NCBI GenBank assembly: GCA_965287045.1
Contig: OZ336878.1
Span: 83,204,001 to 83,268,000, forward strand
Reading direction: 5' to 3'
Origin: Carcharhinus amblyrhynchos
Taxonomy: Eukaryota
Length of the DNA stretch: 64,000 bases
Made by a program: the position numbers and the translations under genes
Part shown: positions 63,050 to 64,000 of the stretch, piece after piece
Position numbering within the stretch: the first letter of the stretch is position 1
Layout: each line of letters starts with the position of its first letter
Notes under the pieces: model-generated
What the model was told of the DNA's origin: nothing
Databases searched by the model: none
The model's input: only the letters and a program-made list of their open reading frames with translations

Positions 63050-63780
63050 CCAACTCTTAGGACAATCACTCTAATTTCACTCAACTGTATGGCATTGCTT
63101 GAAAACAGCATTAGTCACCACATGTTCCTGTAACACCCAGCTCAACCTCATCTCTTCCTCTCTTAACACTTCAAAATTATTAGACTGCTTCTCTTACATC
63201 TAGTGCTGTAGGAGCAGAAATTCCTTCCAATTGAATATTGGGAAGATGGAAATGAAAGTTCTTGTTTTTTAAAAATCACACTAAAAGCCCCATTCCCTAC
63301 CTACCAACTAGATTCCTCTTCCTGAGATTAAACCACTTTCGCAATCTCACTGTCATATTCAATCCCAAGATCAACTTCCAACCTTACATTTGTGCCATCA
63401 CTAAGGCTGTCACTAACCCTGTACCATCAGCTAATTCTACTTCTGTCACAGTTTAGCCCTGCTGAAACCCTCGCTCATACTTTTCTAACCTCTAGACCCT
63501 GACTATTCCAATGAACCACTGGCTGCTTTCGTACTTTCAACAATCTGTAAACTCGAGGTCACATGAAACTCTGTTACCCATGTCTTAAATGGCATTAAGT
63601 CCCATTCGCCCATCACCCCTGCGCTTGCTGACTGACACTGGCTCCCAACATGTGAACTATAAAGCACTCACCCGTTTCCAAATTTCAAGATACCTCTCCT
63701 GTCCCTATCTTGGTAATCTCCACCAACCCTTCAACCACCAAAGACTCTGTTTTCCCCCATTACTGACTCTTCACTATCCC
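63050..63780 (+). mobile_element. Decayed L2-type LINE 3' fragment
   Basis: ttccttccaattgaatattgggaagatggaa, tctagaccctgactattccaat and cccatcacccctgcgcttgctgac resemble L2 ORF2 C-terminal blocks. Confidence 0.6.
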
Positions 63781-64000
63781 CAATTTTCATTGCTCCATTA
63801 TTACCCAGTCCCTATCCCCATAGCCCCATAACCCCACGCATTTAATCTGCTAGTCCTCCTGACACTAAATGACAATTTAGCATGGCCAATCCACCTAAAA
63901 ATTGCAGCTTTTAAACACCTCTCACAGAAGCTCACAGATCAGAGAAACAACTGTTGATAAGAAGCAGGGAAGGATGGAATTCGAACCCTCCAAGGAACAA

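Overview
Vertebrate genomic DNA, most likely a shark or ray, judged from HE1/V-SINE-type tRNA SINEs, abundant CR1 LINEs and Penelope remnants. Two spliced genes converge tail-to-tail. On + are the last four coding exons of an XPR1 phosphate exporter (671-837, 3974-4113, 7689-7898, 17013-17073), followed by about 12 kb of nearly repeat-free sequence that looks like a very long 3' UTR. On - are the last three coding exons of a NACC-family BEN-domain gene (62954-62849, 58837-58740, 50365-50031); its 5' exons, including the expected BTB domain, lie beyond the window. Introns and the 29-46 kb intergenic region are dense with nested retroelements, including a young CR1 with a 907-codon open ORF2, an inverted Penelope-like element carrying minimal hammerhead-ribozyme motifs, a putative solo LTR, and a LINE that appears to share a tRNA-like head and 3' tail with a SINE. 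Best leads: a probable extra NACC ohnolog beside XPR1, the Penelope hammerheads, the LINE/SINE pair, a perfect 15-bp 3' UTR hairpin, and a template-switch inverted duplication. Exon boundaries were read base by base; most repeat boundaries are approximate. Family names and human sequences are recalled, not searched.
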